In this document: positions 48,900-59,523 of the stretch, piece after piece
Layout of the letters: each line of letters starts with the position of its first letter
Position numbering within the stretch: position 1 is the stretch's first letter
Source of the DNA: Schmidtea nova
Taxonomy: Eukaryota
NCBI GenBank assembly: GCA_044892505.1
Contig: CM097884.1
Location: forward strand, 70,680,001 to 70,744,000
DNA: 64,000 bases
Direction: 5' to 3'
Notes under the pieces: generated by a model
Told to the model about the DNA's origin: nothing
Database searches by the model: none
Seen by the model: the letters and a program-made list of their open reading frames with translations, nothing else
Made by a program: the position numbers and the translations under genes

Positions 48900-51800
48900 T
48901 TTAATTATTTAATTATTTCTTTCTGGGGACACACCATTGATTTTATTTTTATATATTTGAATTCGTCTCATCAATCGGCATACACTCATACCAATTTCCC
49001 CCACCATATGTTGATTTTCAATTTTCTTAATTTTTAATTAATGTTTTTGTATTTTAATTAATTTGCAATTTTTTGTGTATTTATTAATATCTACTTAATT
49101 ATTTAAATTTTCACTTTAAATTTGAGTCACTTCTGTCCAACCCCAACAATTACCTTCATGAGTATTGTTCTATAGTGATGTTTGTCGGTACGGGCTCTAT
49201 TCTGGGGTGATCTGTTTGAGGTTCCATTCGATGTGAAAATACTTAGGTATTCGGCTTAAATTATTTTTACCTAAATTAATTTTCTTTAAAAGTGGTTCAA
49301 AATATAAAAGGAAAAATATAGAATCTATTTTCCGAAATAGACACAAATTCTACAAAAATGGGTAAAAATTCCATAAATTCGATAAAACCACTATTCAAAT
49401 ATCGGTGAATTAACCCTAAATGTTAGAGTAAGATGGTTTGCGTTAATAAGGGTTTTCGGGTCAATTTCTTATTTTGAAAGTTCAATTTCGTTTTTTATAA
49501 GGTAAATTTCGTACATAATTTAAATTTCATTTTATCCCTATGATTTTTCAAAATAATATGGAACGGGAGCAATCACTTAACAACCATGAAAATCCGATTT
49601 TCTTATTGATAATAATCAATCGAACCTTGCTAACGAAACGGGAAATGATATAATAAATCAGGATGAAGACCATCTATTCAACTATTAACAGCGAGAAACA
49701 GAAGGCAATCCTATAATAAAATGGATGGAAAGCGTAGATCGCGGATTATTCAAGCATGTAACAATGTTCAATCTGTAGCTTCAATAGTTGCATATGAAAA
49801 TTACAAAATAGCACCATATATAGTATCACTGATACCTTTAAAAAGACCAGAAGAACTGTTGCTATTCCTATAGGTGGATTGAGGCACAGTAAAGTAAATG
49901 ATGAAGTAAATGAATTTATAAGAAATCTTGTAGACAACGATTTTATCCTCTCGTTAAGACGCATTGAAGCTACTGTCTTGAATAACCTTGGCATTAACAT
50001 TTATAATCCCATTATTCACTAGAGCCTTAAAAATTTTTATTATTCATTGAAGCTGATAAAGCCTATTCCTCAAAGAAGGAAGATGAAGACGCTATTGCAA
50101 TGAGAAGACTTTATGCTAAAAATCTTTTAAACCTTGGTGAAAATTTTTCACCTAAACAAATTATTTTTCTTGATGAAGTGCGTTTCAGTATAAGTCTTAG
50201 AATTAAACATGGAAGAGCACCAGTAAGAACGACACCAACTACAATTGTCATAAACATCAGATCTAGAAATATTTATGTATGCTGCGCAATGACAAGGTGC
50301 GGTAAGTTATTAAAAAAAGTAAGTAATATACCATAAAAAGAAATTGAATTTCAATATTATCTGAATTCGATCTTTGAATATTTACGAGAAAGAAATCTTG
50401 ATAATTATGTTGTCATCATAGATAACATAGGATTTCACAAATGTTCATCGAAAAGAACTTTGTTGGAAGCAAATAGACACATAGTGATTTATTTACCTCC
50501 GTATTCACCTTCATTAAATCATTTTGAGGAATCATTTTCCAAATGGAAAAATGTTGTTAGAAGAGCTAATTCTACTAATGTTGAAGATTGGATGGTGGCA
50601 TTTGTAGATGGATGGAATAGTATATCAATAGAAGATTGTGATGGCTATTATAGGCACATGAAACGTGAATTACAAGTTGCAATGGAAAACCGTCCTTTCA
50701 ATTAAAAAATTACGTTGTTTATTTGAATTTTTTATTTTTAACAAAAACAAAATATTTATACTCAATATTTTTTTATATATACTGTTGGGCAAAAACTGCA
50801 AATTGTTTTAATAAAACGGTAACCACATAAGTAGAGAGAGCGCAAGATCCAATTTTAACACAAACATTCATTAAAACCCGACGTGATTAAGTGGAAAACA
50901 CCAAAAAGGTGAAATGGACTCAAGCACATCAACCAGTAGAGAACGCGCTAGCTTAGAATTTGTAAGTCTTTACACTGAAACCTCGAGAAAAATGAAAAGT
51001 TGTCAAGAGAAGAACATTTGAAAGTTAGAATAGGCGGAAAACCCATTGAAAATGCCCATAAAGAACAGAATTGTGTCATAAAACTTCAGTGCAGAAAAAA
51101 TTAACGAAATTTTAGAAGAAAATTGTGATTTTACCATAAAATTTCACATTAAAGATAAAAAGAACTAATTTTGATCGAAATATCGAAAATTAAATCAAAT
51201 TGAATAAATTTTGATTCAAAAATAAAAATTTTGGATTAAAAATAAATTATTTATGATTTATAAAAATTATTACGTAAAAATGTTGATTTAATTCGGCGGA
51301 AAATCATTAGAATTGATTTAGAAAAATTAAAAAGAACATTCTAAAACAATTTGTTTTACTGCATTAGTGAAGGTAACACACAAGCGATGGTATATATACC
51401 GCCATCAAAATGGCAATAGGCAGAATTTGTGTGAATTTTTCGTTAAAAATTTTAATTTAATTTTGAACAGAAGATTTTGCTGAAGATTTCATTTGAGCTC
51501 GCGTCAGATAATTTTGAACAGAAGATTTTGCTGAAGATTTTATTTGAGGTCGTGTCAGATAATTTGGAATCAGAAGTTTGCGGAAGAATTTGTTTGAACG
51601 AGAATTTTTCGAAAGAATTTGTCTAAAATTTTTATCAAAAATTTAAATCTTAGTCTGAACCAGAAATTTCGGAAGAATTGATTGGATGTAAGTGTCATTT
51701 TCTTGTTCGGTGCGGGGTCATTGAACATCATGCCCCTTTAATTACCCCGTACCGGTAGTATTTTATTTTGTATTTTATTTTGTTATTATTTTTATATTTT

Positions 51801-52230
51801 ATTTATTAAACAAAATATTGGATGAATATTATTTTTTTTTCTTGAATTTCGAAAAGTCATAAATTCCCAGATTTAACCAAAATTTACTTTGAATAATAAT
51901 TATTGTACCAAGATAAAAGTAATAATTCTTTTTCTTCCATACCTCCTGAAACCTGTTTCTGGCCTTGTGCCGAGCGGGTGGAAGTAGCCTGAGCGGATCG
52001 CTGGTTCGATTCGTAATCGATCAGCCCATATTTCCGAGTTCATGTGATACGCCCAAACATCCATGATCACGTCATCCCAACTGGGGAACAGTGGCTTGGC
52101 CAAGGGCAAGGTGTTATATTAATAATCTATAATTTATAATAGTGTATTTTATTTGAATTATAATTTTTTAACATAATGAGCACTTAAAACTTAATACTAC
52201 CTAAAAACGTAAATTTCAATTCATCCATCA
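48900..52230 (-). mobile_element. Unclassified repeat element, copy B, interrupted by an IS630/Tc1 element
   Basis: Colinear homology to 4690-6700. Small ORF 51900-52109 (WDDVIMDV..EIWADRL..FRRYGR). About 3x51-bp tandem repeat at 51460-51600. Confidence 0.55.
49450..50780 (+). mobile_element. IS630/Tc1-family transposon, frameshifted transposase
   Basis: IIFLDEVRF, VVIIDNIGFHK, YLPPYSPSLNHFEESFSKWK (DDE_3-like). Right edge lies at a TA run where homology to copy A breaks. Left edge approximate. Confidence 0.8.
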
Positions 52231-53027
52231 ATGTCTTTTCCATTATATAATTTAACTGTACAAGAATATTCTACTCGTCATTCGCCTTCACTCTCACAAC
52301 AATTGCCATCTTATCCGAAAAACACAAGTAGAATAAAAAGCTAATATTGAAAAGAGAATCGCTTGAAATAATGCTCAAAGCTGATATAATGATCACGAAA
52401 TGAAACGAATTATGAAGACAAGTATTGATTGATCTGAATTAAACCTCATTCATTATCTAAATAATTTTCTCCAGTGAGCCTTGTTTTCGGGAGCCTGAAG
52501 TTCCTAAGTGAAGTATCTCGAAAAATTCGCGCGCACTTTGGTTAGGAAATTCATGCTCGAACGAAACCGAAATTCACTTTATTTAATGTTGAAAACTATT
52601 CTTTGAAGAATTTATAACTTATTTTACTTTTATTTTTATTCAGTATATAAAATTTTTTTTTAGATTGAATTCTTATTTGGATTGCAAAATTTGTGGATAA
52701 AAATTTATTATTGTGTAGATTTCGTTTTTGATCATAAAAAATAAAAATTTATTTTTTATTATATTGCGAAAAATTTATAATGAAAAATTGTAAACCAAAA
52801 ATTTTCCTAAGAGTTTGTAAATCAAAAATTATATTGAAACCCATGAAAATTATAAATCGAAAATATTATTATTATATTAAAAATTTTTTTTATCAATTTA
52901 TAAAATCCCATATTCGAAATTTCATAGAAAAAATTTTTGCGATTAATATATATATTCTTAAAATATAAAAATTTGAATTCAAAAATGTATATTATAAAAA
53001 TTAGAAATTTTATTATTATATAACTTT

Positions 53028-54192
53028 TGTTGGATGACGAGGGAAGACTCATAAAAACATTCAAAGTCAATAAGTATTATCATATCGGCAACAATAGATA
53101 CAGAATAAATATCTATCTGGAAAAATAACTCCCATCAATCGTCTGTCACAGTCATCATCCGTCTCAATATCCATCTCAATATCCGTCTCAAGTGCCCGTC
53201 TTAACCATCTCAATCCATCAGTAGAAATCCCTTTCGAAAAATAACTATAAACTATCTAAAACCCTAATTCACTCTACCAATCTCTGTGATCATCAATCAA
53301 CTATTGTCTGTCAATCTAAATATTTTAAATTATCTATGTGATCCGAACATTCTAAATTATCTGCATGATCTAAACATTTTAAATTATCTATGTGGTCATC
53401 TATCTATCAAACCCTTCGACTATGAACAATCCAGACTATCATCCTCATAAAAAATTGATCATGCATGAACTTTTAATATTGATTTTATTAATTTAGGATT
53501 TTATTTTATTTTTATTTTTATTAATATCAATATAAGTATTCAGTTAGATATTTCGAGATAATTATTATACCAAAACAGAATTTACTTCTGAATTGTTAAA
53601 TGTCAAATTTCCCCATTTGGGAATTTTCATAGAAAACATATCACTGCACACTATTATACAGTTCAATATATTGCTTATGACTTGAAGTCTTGTTCAACGT
53701 GCACAAAGTATTTAAACTTTAAAAAATTTGTATGTTAATTATTTCAAATGTCAAATTTTATAGTGTTAATAAAAATGTATATAGGAATAAATGTCAGGTT
53801 TTAGTGAATGCATGCCAAATTTTAGTATATAAGGAAAAGGCAATTCAGGCAAATTGCCATAAAATCTTATTTTTAAATTTAGCGTAATAGCTCTCTTAGG
53901 TACAAATCCTAAAGAGCGTTTAAAATAAGCCAGTTGGCTAAACAAAAAATAAGTTAAATATTTTTAAAGATTGCTAACTTTTGAAATCTGCACAAAATTT
54001 AAAGGATCTCAAAATCTGAAAGAGTTTGTAGTAGAAAGATTTTAAAGTCGTTGACAATTTTGTAAATTGTAATTGGTAAATTTTGTTATTTGAATAAACT
54101 TTATAAACAAGAGTCTTTTTGTCTTAATTATTTACATAGGAACCACCAACCCCCAGTTGAGATTTCAAGTATACATATTTGAGACCTCAACA
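53028..54192 (+). repeat. 5' LTR of giant retrotransposon (3' end firm, 5' end uncertain: TGTTGG 53028 or TGTTGA 52587)
   Basis: Ends ...CCTCAACA, 2 nt before the PBS. Contains ~12-bp tandem repeats (53157-53218) and 3x27-bp repeats (53315-53395). Confidence 0.55.
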
Positions 54193-54194
54193 TT

Positions 54195-54212
54195 TGGTGC
54201 CGCGAACCGGGA
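54195..54212 (+). promoter_or_regulatory. Primer binding site, tRNA-Phe-like
   Basis: TGGTGCCGCGAACCGGGA, 15 of 18 identical to the canonical tRNA-Phe PBS TGGTGCCGAAACCCGGGA as I recall it. Confidence 0.8.
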
Positions 54213-54443
54213 CAATAAAATATTATAATATCAATCGGGGGATAGGAATTGCGATCAGAGGGATAGTGTAATATATATTGGGAAAATATATCTATATTTA
54301 AATATTAATTGACCAAAATTAAACTCAAATTAAAGATATAAACACACAAGGTTAACAATAACAAAATAGGTAGAAAGATAAAGAAAGTCGATATAAAATC
54401 ACCTGAAATATTGCACAATTTAAGAAAAAAAGTAATTTACAAG

Positions 54444-55430
54444 ATGAGTAATAACAGTACAAGCAGCAGCAATAGTGGAAATAACAGTCATACAGAAAAC
54501 ACCAACAGTAATCATAATTTTATAAAAACATTACCAATAGAATCATATAAAGGAGACCCTGAAAAGTTCGACGACTTTTTTGCCGAAATCGCACAATAGG
54601 CAGAGGCTTGTGGATGGACAACAAATGAATTAAAACAACGAATCCCATTATATTTAAAGGGATATGCATTACAAGCATATAATAATTTAGCATGCAAAGG
54701 CATCAATTACAATGAATTAGTAAAAAAGGCATTTGGTGCAGGAGATCACACTAGTAGATTAATTGAGGATCAGTTTTGGAACGGAATCCAAAAATATTTA
54801 TACAAAGCATTAATTACAATAGAGTATGAAGACTTAAATGAGTTAGTTCAAAAAGCAAAACGTATTGAAGCAATACAAAGAGATAGATTTAAACCAGAGG
54901 TAGATGCTGTAGAAATTGAAAGACAACCTGAGGTAAAGCCTGAGTTGAGAAATAAAGATGATAGCATCCCTTGGGAAGAAATGAAACAATTATATTTGAA
55001 TTTTGTTAATAATAGACGAAGAGTTAGTCCAAGTAGAAGCCAATCAACTGAAAACAGGGGAAGGTTTAACAGTCCAGGAAATAAAAATTTCGATAATAGA
55101 AATAATTTTAAAGATAGTTATAAAAGGAATAATAATAGAGATAGTTTTAGAGACAATCGTTTTGATAATGATAGAGACAACAGAGACACTTTTAGAGACA
55201 GTCGTTCTGGTTATAACAGAAACAGTTACAATGGATACAATAGAAATAATAGAGATAATCGCTTTGAATATAATAGAAGAGATAATAGATATAGAGATAA
55301 TTCGAGAAATAGACAAGATAGCCCGGTAAGGTGAAATATGTATAATAATGATGGTAGAGATAAAGTAAATTTTAATGGACAAATAAAATGTTATAATTGC
55401 CAGAGGTATGGGCACTTAGCAAAAGTATGC
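54444..55430 (+). pseudogene. gag: Gag: capsid-like region, R/D/N-rich linker, CCHC knuckle, with two in-frame stops (TAG 54597, TGA 55332)
   Basis: One frame from ATG 54444: YKGDPEKFDDFF..AEACGW...PLYLKGYALQAY...DQFWNG, then CYNCQRYGHLAKVC at 55389-55430. Confidence 0.8.
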
Positions 55431-58400
55431 AATAAACCACGAGCTGGTTCACCAATTGGAGTAAGATTTAAAAATGAGCCTGAGATAAAACAGGTAAATA
55501 GTGCTGAGCTTGAGTCAGCAAATAAAGAGATAAATAATTTAAGAGAAGAATTAAAAGAATTTAAAATTCAATATGGAAGACTCATTGAGAGAAAACTTGA
55601 AATGTCTATAAATGAATTTAGCACTTTTACAAATGAGGTAGATATTGATAATGATGAGTTAAAAGAAATTAGAGAAGCAGATGAAGTATTTCTTACAGAA
55701 GAAAATAGACAAAAAGAATTAATAGAGGAATTTAAAGAGGTATTGTATAAGCAACCATTTGATGACAATGAAACATTAAGAGTAATCAATAAAATACAGG
55801 TTAATGGGATTGATTTAGAGAGACTTAGAAATTTGATACCAATGATGGTAAAGAGACAAAATGTAACGAGATTATTTGAATTAGAAATAGAAATAAAAGA
55901 GATGTTGAAATGTTATGGAGAATATATAAGAAAAAATGAAAAATTGCATGAAACACTAAATGTAACGATTGAATTAAATGATAATTATTTTTTTAGTATT
56001 AAACACAAGATGCATCCTTGCACTAAAGTGAGTAAATTAAAACGAATGGCAAGAGCCAAATGGCCAGGAACCATAGGAGAGAGAGATGTAATAAAATTAT
56101 ATTTTAATGGAATAGAACTATTGAATGACGAATATTTAATTGACTATGGGATAAACCCAGTAAGTGATAATATTGTGATAGCTACAATAGAAAAGCAAAC
56201 GATAAATGAAATAATGACACCAGCACCGTCAGTTGAGTTGAGTATAAATGAGGAAAATGATTTTGACAGGTTATTCAGAACATGGGATAAATCACCTAGT
56301 GAAACAATGAAATCGGTAACGGGGGAAGAAATTATATTTAAACCTATAGATGATAAATATAGTAAACTACAAGAAACAATAGAAAGAATAGCTGACGAAG
56401 CTAAAACAAAAGATGCAGAAACATCAAAGCGAGGTAGAGGAAGACCTCGAAAATCAGAAATTATAGAAAAATCAGAGAATAGAAAGACAGCAGAACGATT
56501 AAGAGAGATTGCAAATCAACAAAGACATGAACAATCAGAGTATGAAGATGATAATAATGAACTTAACAAAATAAAAGAAGTAATAAAAGCAATGAATATT
56601 AAGCTATTTCCAGAAACAAAGCCAACAGTACTAATTGAAAATATAACTGAAAGGATGATGTTAATTAAAAAGGATACTAAAGAACTAGCCACAGAGGAAG
56701 CAAATGAAAAAACAGTATTAAAAATCCTGTTTAATACAGGGATAGATAAAGATAAAATAATAACGGCCATGGCATACTTGGCCGCAAGATATAAAAAGCT
56801 CATAAAGGAAAATCCAAAAGAGCAATTAGAAAAAGTAGCAACAATGATGTTTAAAAGATTGAAAGAAGAGGCAATACCATGGATAAAAAGGAAAGGAGGA
56901 TGGAAAGTATTATATGATAAAGATATGACGAATAAAGAGAGTGATACAGATGATGTAATAAAACAATTAATAAAGAAAGCAACAGTAAAACCAAAGACAG
57001 AGAGTAAATCGATAACCTCCATAGTAATAGTCATAATCACCTTGTTATTAGATTTAATCAAGGGGGGCAATGCAATGGTAGCATATGATTGTCAAAATCC
57101 AAAGTGGGGACAAAAATACTCACTGTTAGATGTTGAAAATTGCCCTGAAGCAAATCCAACTAAATTAATCATGTCAGAGCCTCAAATATTCCATGTTTAT
57201 CAAGAATCAGACTTTATTCATACAGAGGCTAAAGAGTGCATAGTAAAGTATCAGGAGGAAGCATATATATGTCATGTTGGGGCAAGAACAGTGTTAAAAC
57301 CTACGTGGACACCCGAAGCAGTAATATTGTCGCCAATAGAGTGTGAAGATGCATTTAAAACAAAGAAAGTAAAATATAGCGGTCATAAAGGAATAGAACT
57401 AGAAGCAAGGATAGGAGCAAAAATGAGACAAGATGTGAATGTCGTGGGATGGACATCAAAAGGAGGATATTGTGAAGGAGGAGAATATACAATATGGGGC
57501 GAAAAACTGAGTAATGTTGTAGTAAGGAGACACTACATGGTAGAACTGAGAAAGTTCAAAGCATCATTCGACAGCAGCTCAAAGAAAATGATGATATACA
57601 AATTTTGTACATTAGAGGAATCTTATTGCGATACAGGAGAATCAATGCTAATATACAAAATAGATAAATACGATTGTCAGTTAACAAAATTAAAATCATT
57701 AAAATTTAGGGAAATCAAAGGAAAACAGTTCACAGAAGTAGACTCAAAAAGGGTGAGGGATCAAAAAAGGAAAACAACAATTGTACAAGAAAAAGATACA
57801 CCTACAATATATATGTCAGAATCTGAAAACGAAGCAATGAGGTTCGTTAGTAAAAGGAAAAGTGTAAAATGTGGTAAGGAAATAATACAAACTAATTATG
57901 AAGGGATATACATAAGCAAAGAAGAAGTCAAAGATGCAAAACAAAAAGTAAATAAATTCGACGTCAAACTTGCATCATACTTCAACAATAAAATCGATTT
58001 TTTCTATCATAACCAACTAGTACAATTAGATAAAGTATATCAATCAACAATTATGAGCGATTGCAAACTCAACAGAGAAATATTAAGGACAAAAATGGCA
58101 GTGGCGGTAACAAACCCAGATCTAATGGCACCAATAATCTTCTCAGAAGAAGGAACATTTGCAAGGATAGTAGGAGAAGTGATACAGACATTTCAATGTA
58201 AACCTGTTAGTGTATCGTTAGCAACAAATAATCAGTGCACTAATGAATTACCGGTAATATATAAAGGAGAAAGGGTATACCTTCAACCAATTACTAGAAT
58301 ATTAACAGAAAAAACATATATACCGAGAAAAATAGAAAAATGCACTAACTTATTAGACCCATTATACAAAATAAATGACGAAATGTGGATATCTATGTCA

Positions 58401-58913
58401 GATAGAAAGGAGGCAATGAAACCACTCAAATTAGAACTCATAGAGCTAGAAAAAAGATTAGAGTTCAAAGAAATCAACGATATGGACAGCAATGGTATAT
58501 ATACGAGAGAAGCTATAGAAAGTGCAAGAAAACATATGCTATTTCCAAACGAAAAAGAACGAGTACTTTCAATAATGGTTAACAGAGTTATCGAAGGAAG
58601 TTACGGAGGAAATTACAACTTTGATGTGTTATTATCAAAAGAATACTTCAAAAAAGTAGCATATAAAGTACTATATAGCATATGGGGATACTTTGCAGTC
58701 CTTGGAAACATGTTTTCTACAATCTTAGGTATATATTATACGGTTGCATTACTAAAAATGATATGTTCTTCTCTAGTATCACTGAGACAGTTAAAACAAG
58801 TATTTGGAAATTCATATAAATTATTAGCATGTTTGTGCCCATTTATAGCTAAATATCTTATTACGGCGAAACACGACAAGGAAATACGTTTAATAAAAGT
58901 CCAAAGGAATTGA
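55338..58913 (+). CDS. 1191-aa continuation of ORF1: zinc knuckle, ubiquitin-like domain, AT-hook, Bcl-2-like domain, signal/TM, envelope-type protein
   Basis: Ubl ~55953-56192 (KLYFNGIELLNDEYLIDYGI). KRGRGRPRK at 56427. BH1-like LFNTGIDKDKIITAMAY, BH2-like PWIKRKGGW. Hydrophobic SIVIVIITLLLDLI. Cys-rich ectodomain from AYDC (57075) to a C-terminal TM. Confidence 0.85.
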   Translation: MYNNDGRDKVNFNGQIKCYNCQRYGHLAKVCNKPRAGSPIGVRFKNEPEIKQVNSAELESANKEINNLREELKEFKIQYGRLIERKLEMSINEFSTFTNEVDIDNDELKEIREADEVFLTEENRQKELIEEFKEVLYKQPFDDNETLRVINKIQVNGIDLERLRNLIPMMVKRQNVTRLFELEIEIKEMLKCYGEYIRKNEKLHETLNVTIELNDNYFFSIKHKMHPCTKVSKLKRMARAKWPGTIGERDVIKLYFNGIELLNDEYLIDYGINPVSDNIVIATIEKQTINEIMTPAPSVELSINEENDFDRLFRTWDKSPSETMKSVTGEEIIFKPIDDKYSKLQETIERIADEAKTKDAETSKRGRGRPRKSEIIEKSENRKTAERLREIANQQRHEQSEYEDDNNELNKIKEVIKAMNIKLFPETKPTVLIENITERMMLIKKDTKELATEEANEKTVLKILFNTGIDKDKIITAMAYLAARYKKLIKENPKEQLEKVATMMFKRLKEEAIPWIKRKGGWKVLYDKDMTNKESDTDDVIKQLIKKATVKPKTESKSITSIVIVIITLLLDLIKGGNAMVAYDCQNPKWGQKYSLLDVENCPEANPTKLIMSEPQIFHVYQESDFIHTEAKECIVKYQEEAYICHVGARTVLKPTWTPEAVILSPIECEDAFKTKKVKYSGHKGIELEARIGAKMRQDVNVVGWTSKGGYCEGGEYTIWGEKLSNVVVRRHYMVELRKFKASFDSSSKKMMIYKFCTLEESYCDTGESMLIYKIDKYDCQLTKLKSLKFREIKGKQFTEVDSKRVRDQKRKTTIVQEKDTPTIYMSESENEAMRFVSKRKSVKCGKEIIQTNYEGIYISKEEVKDAKQKVNKFDVKLASYFNNKIDFFYHNQLVQLDKVYQSTIMSDCKLNREILRTKMAVAVTNPDLMAPIIFSEEGTFARIVGEVIQTFQCKPVSVSLATNNQCTNELPVIYKGERVYLQPITRILTEKTYIPRKIEKCTNLLDPLYKINDEMWISMSDRKEAMKPLKLELIELEKRLEFKEINDMDSNGIYTREAIESARKHMLFPNEKERVLSIMVNRVIEGSYGGNYNFDVLLSKEYFKKVAYKVLYSIWGYFAVLGNMFSTILGIYYTVALLKMICSSLVSLRQLKQVFGNSYKLLACLCPFIAKYLITAKHDKEIRLIKVQRN

Positions 58914-59523
58914 AGAAAGGCAATTATTGGTAGATGATGAAAACGATGAGGAAATAATTAAAGCGCATATATCACATGAAGGAAATGTACCACAACAAGG
59001 ACTATATGAAAACCAAAGAGAACAACTAAAAGAGCTACAAGAAAATATAGAAATCAAAATTCCTAGAGAAAACAAGAATTGTCACTGTGAACCTAAAAAG
59101 ATATATGGTTGTTATAACTTAGAAGTCGAAACAATGGAACGATTAGATGCAGCAAACGAAGCAAGACCAAGACTTAAAATAATTGTAAACAATATAATCA
59201 TAAATGCATTAGTAGATACAGGAGCAGCAACATCATTAATTAGAGAAGATCAACTGACAGATGATCAAAAAAGAAATATTATGAGCACAACAGATAAAGT
59301 AGTATCATTATCAGCACATTGTATTCCACTAAAGGGAGACATAGAACTAATAGTCGAAACACCAGAACAGGTAATAAACCACATATTTAAAGTGGTGCAA
59401 GAATGTAATAGCATATGTATATTGGGAATCGATATACTCAACAAGTTAGAAAATTGCATTATAGATTTAACAGATAATACGATAAAGAAAAAAGCAATTA
59501 AACATAAATCCAAGTTCACATAA
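58897..59523 (+). CDS. pol: Aspartic protease region of pol
   Basis: ALVDTGAATSLI and ILGIDIL motifs. Same frame as RT, separated only by TAA at 59521. Confidence 0.9.
   Translation, partial: KSKGIEERQLLVDDENDEEIIKAHISHEGNVPQQGLYENQREQLKELQENIEIKIPRENKNCHCEPKKIYGCYNLEVETMERLDAANEARPRLKIIVNNIIINALVDTGAATSLIREDQLTDDQKRNIMSTTDKVVSLSAHCIPLKGDIELIVETPEQVINHIFKVVQECNSICILGIDILNKLENCIIDLTDNTIKKKAIKHKSKFT

Noticed and set aside
51460-51600. CRISPR-like appearance of short tandem repeats (also 53315-53395)
   Set aside because: Head-to-tail units without unique spacers, eukaryotic context, no cas genes.
52112-52117. TGTTAT as the start of the giant element's 5' LTR
   Set aside because: Weak homology of the minus-strand small ORF to copy A seems to continue to about 52228, so the LTR probably starts further right.
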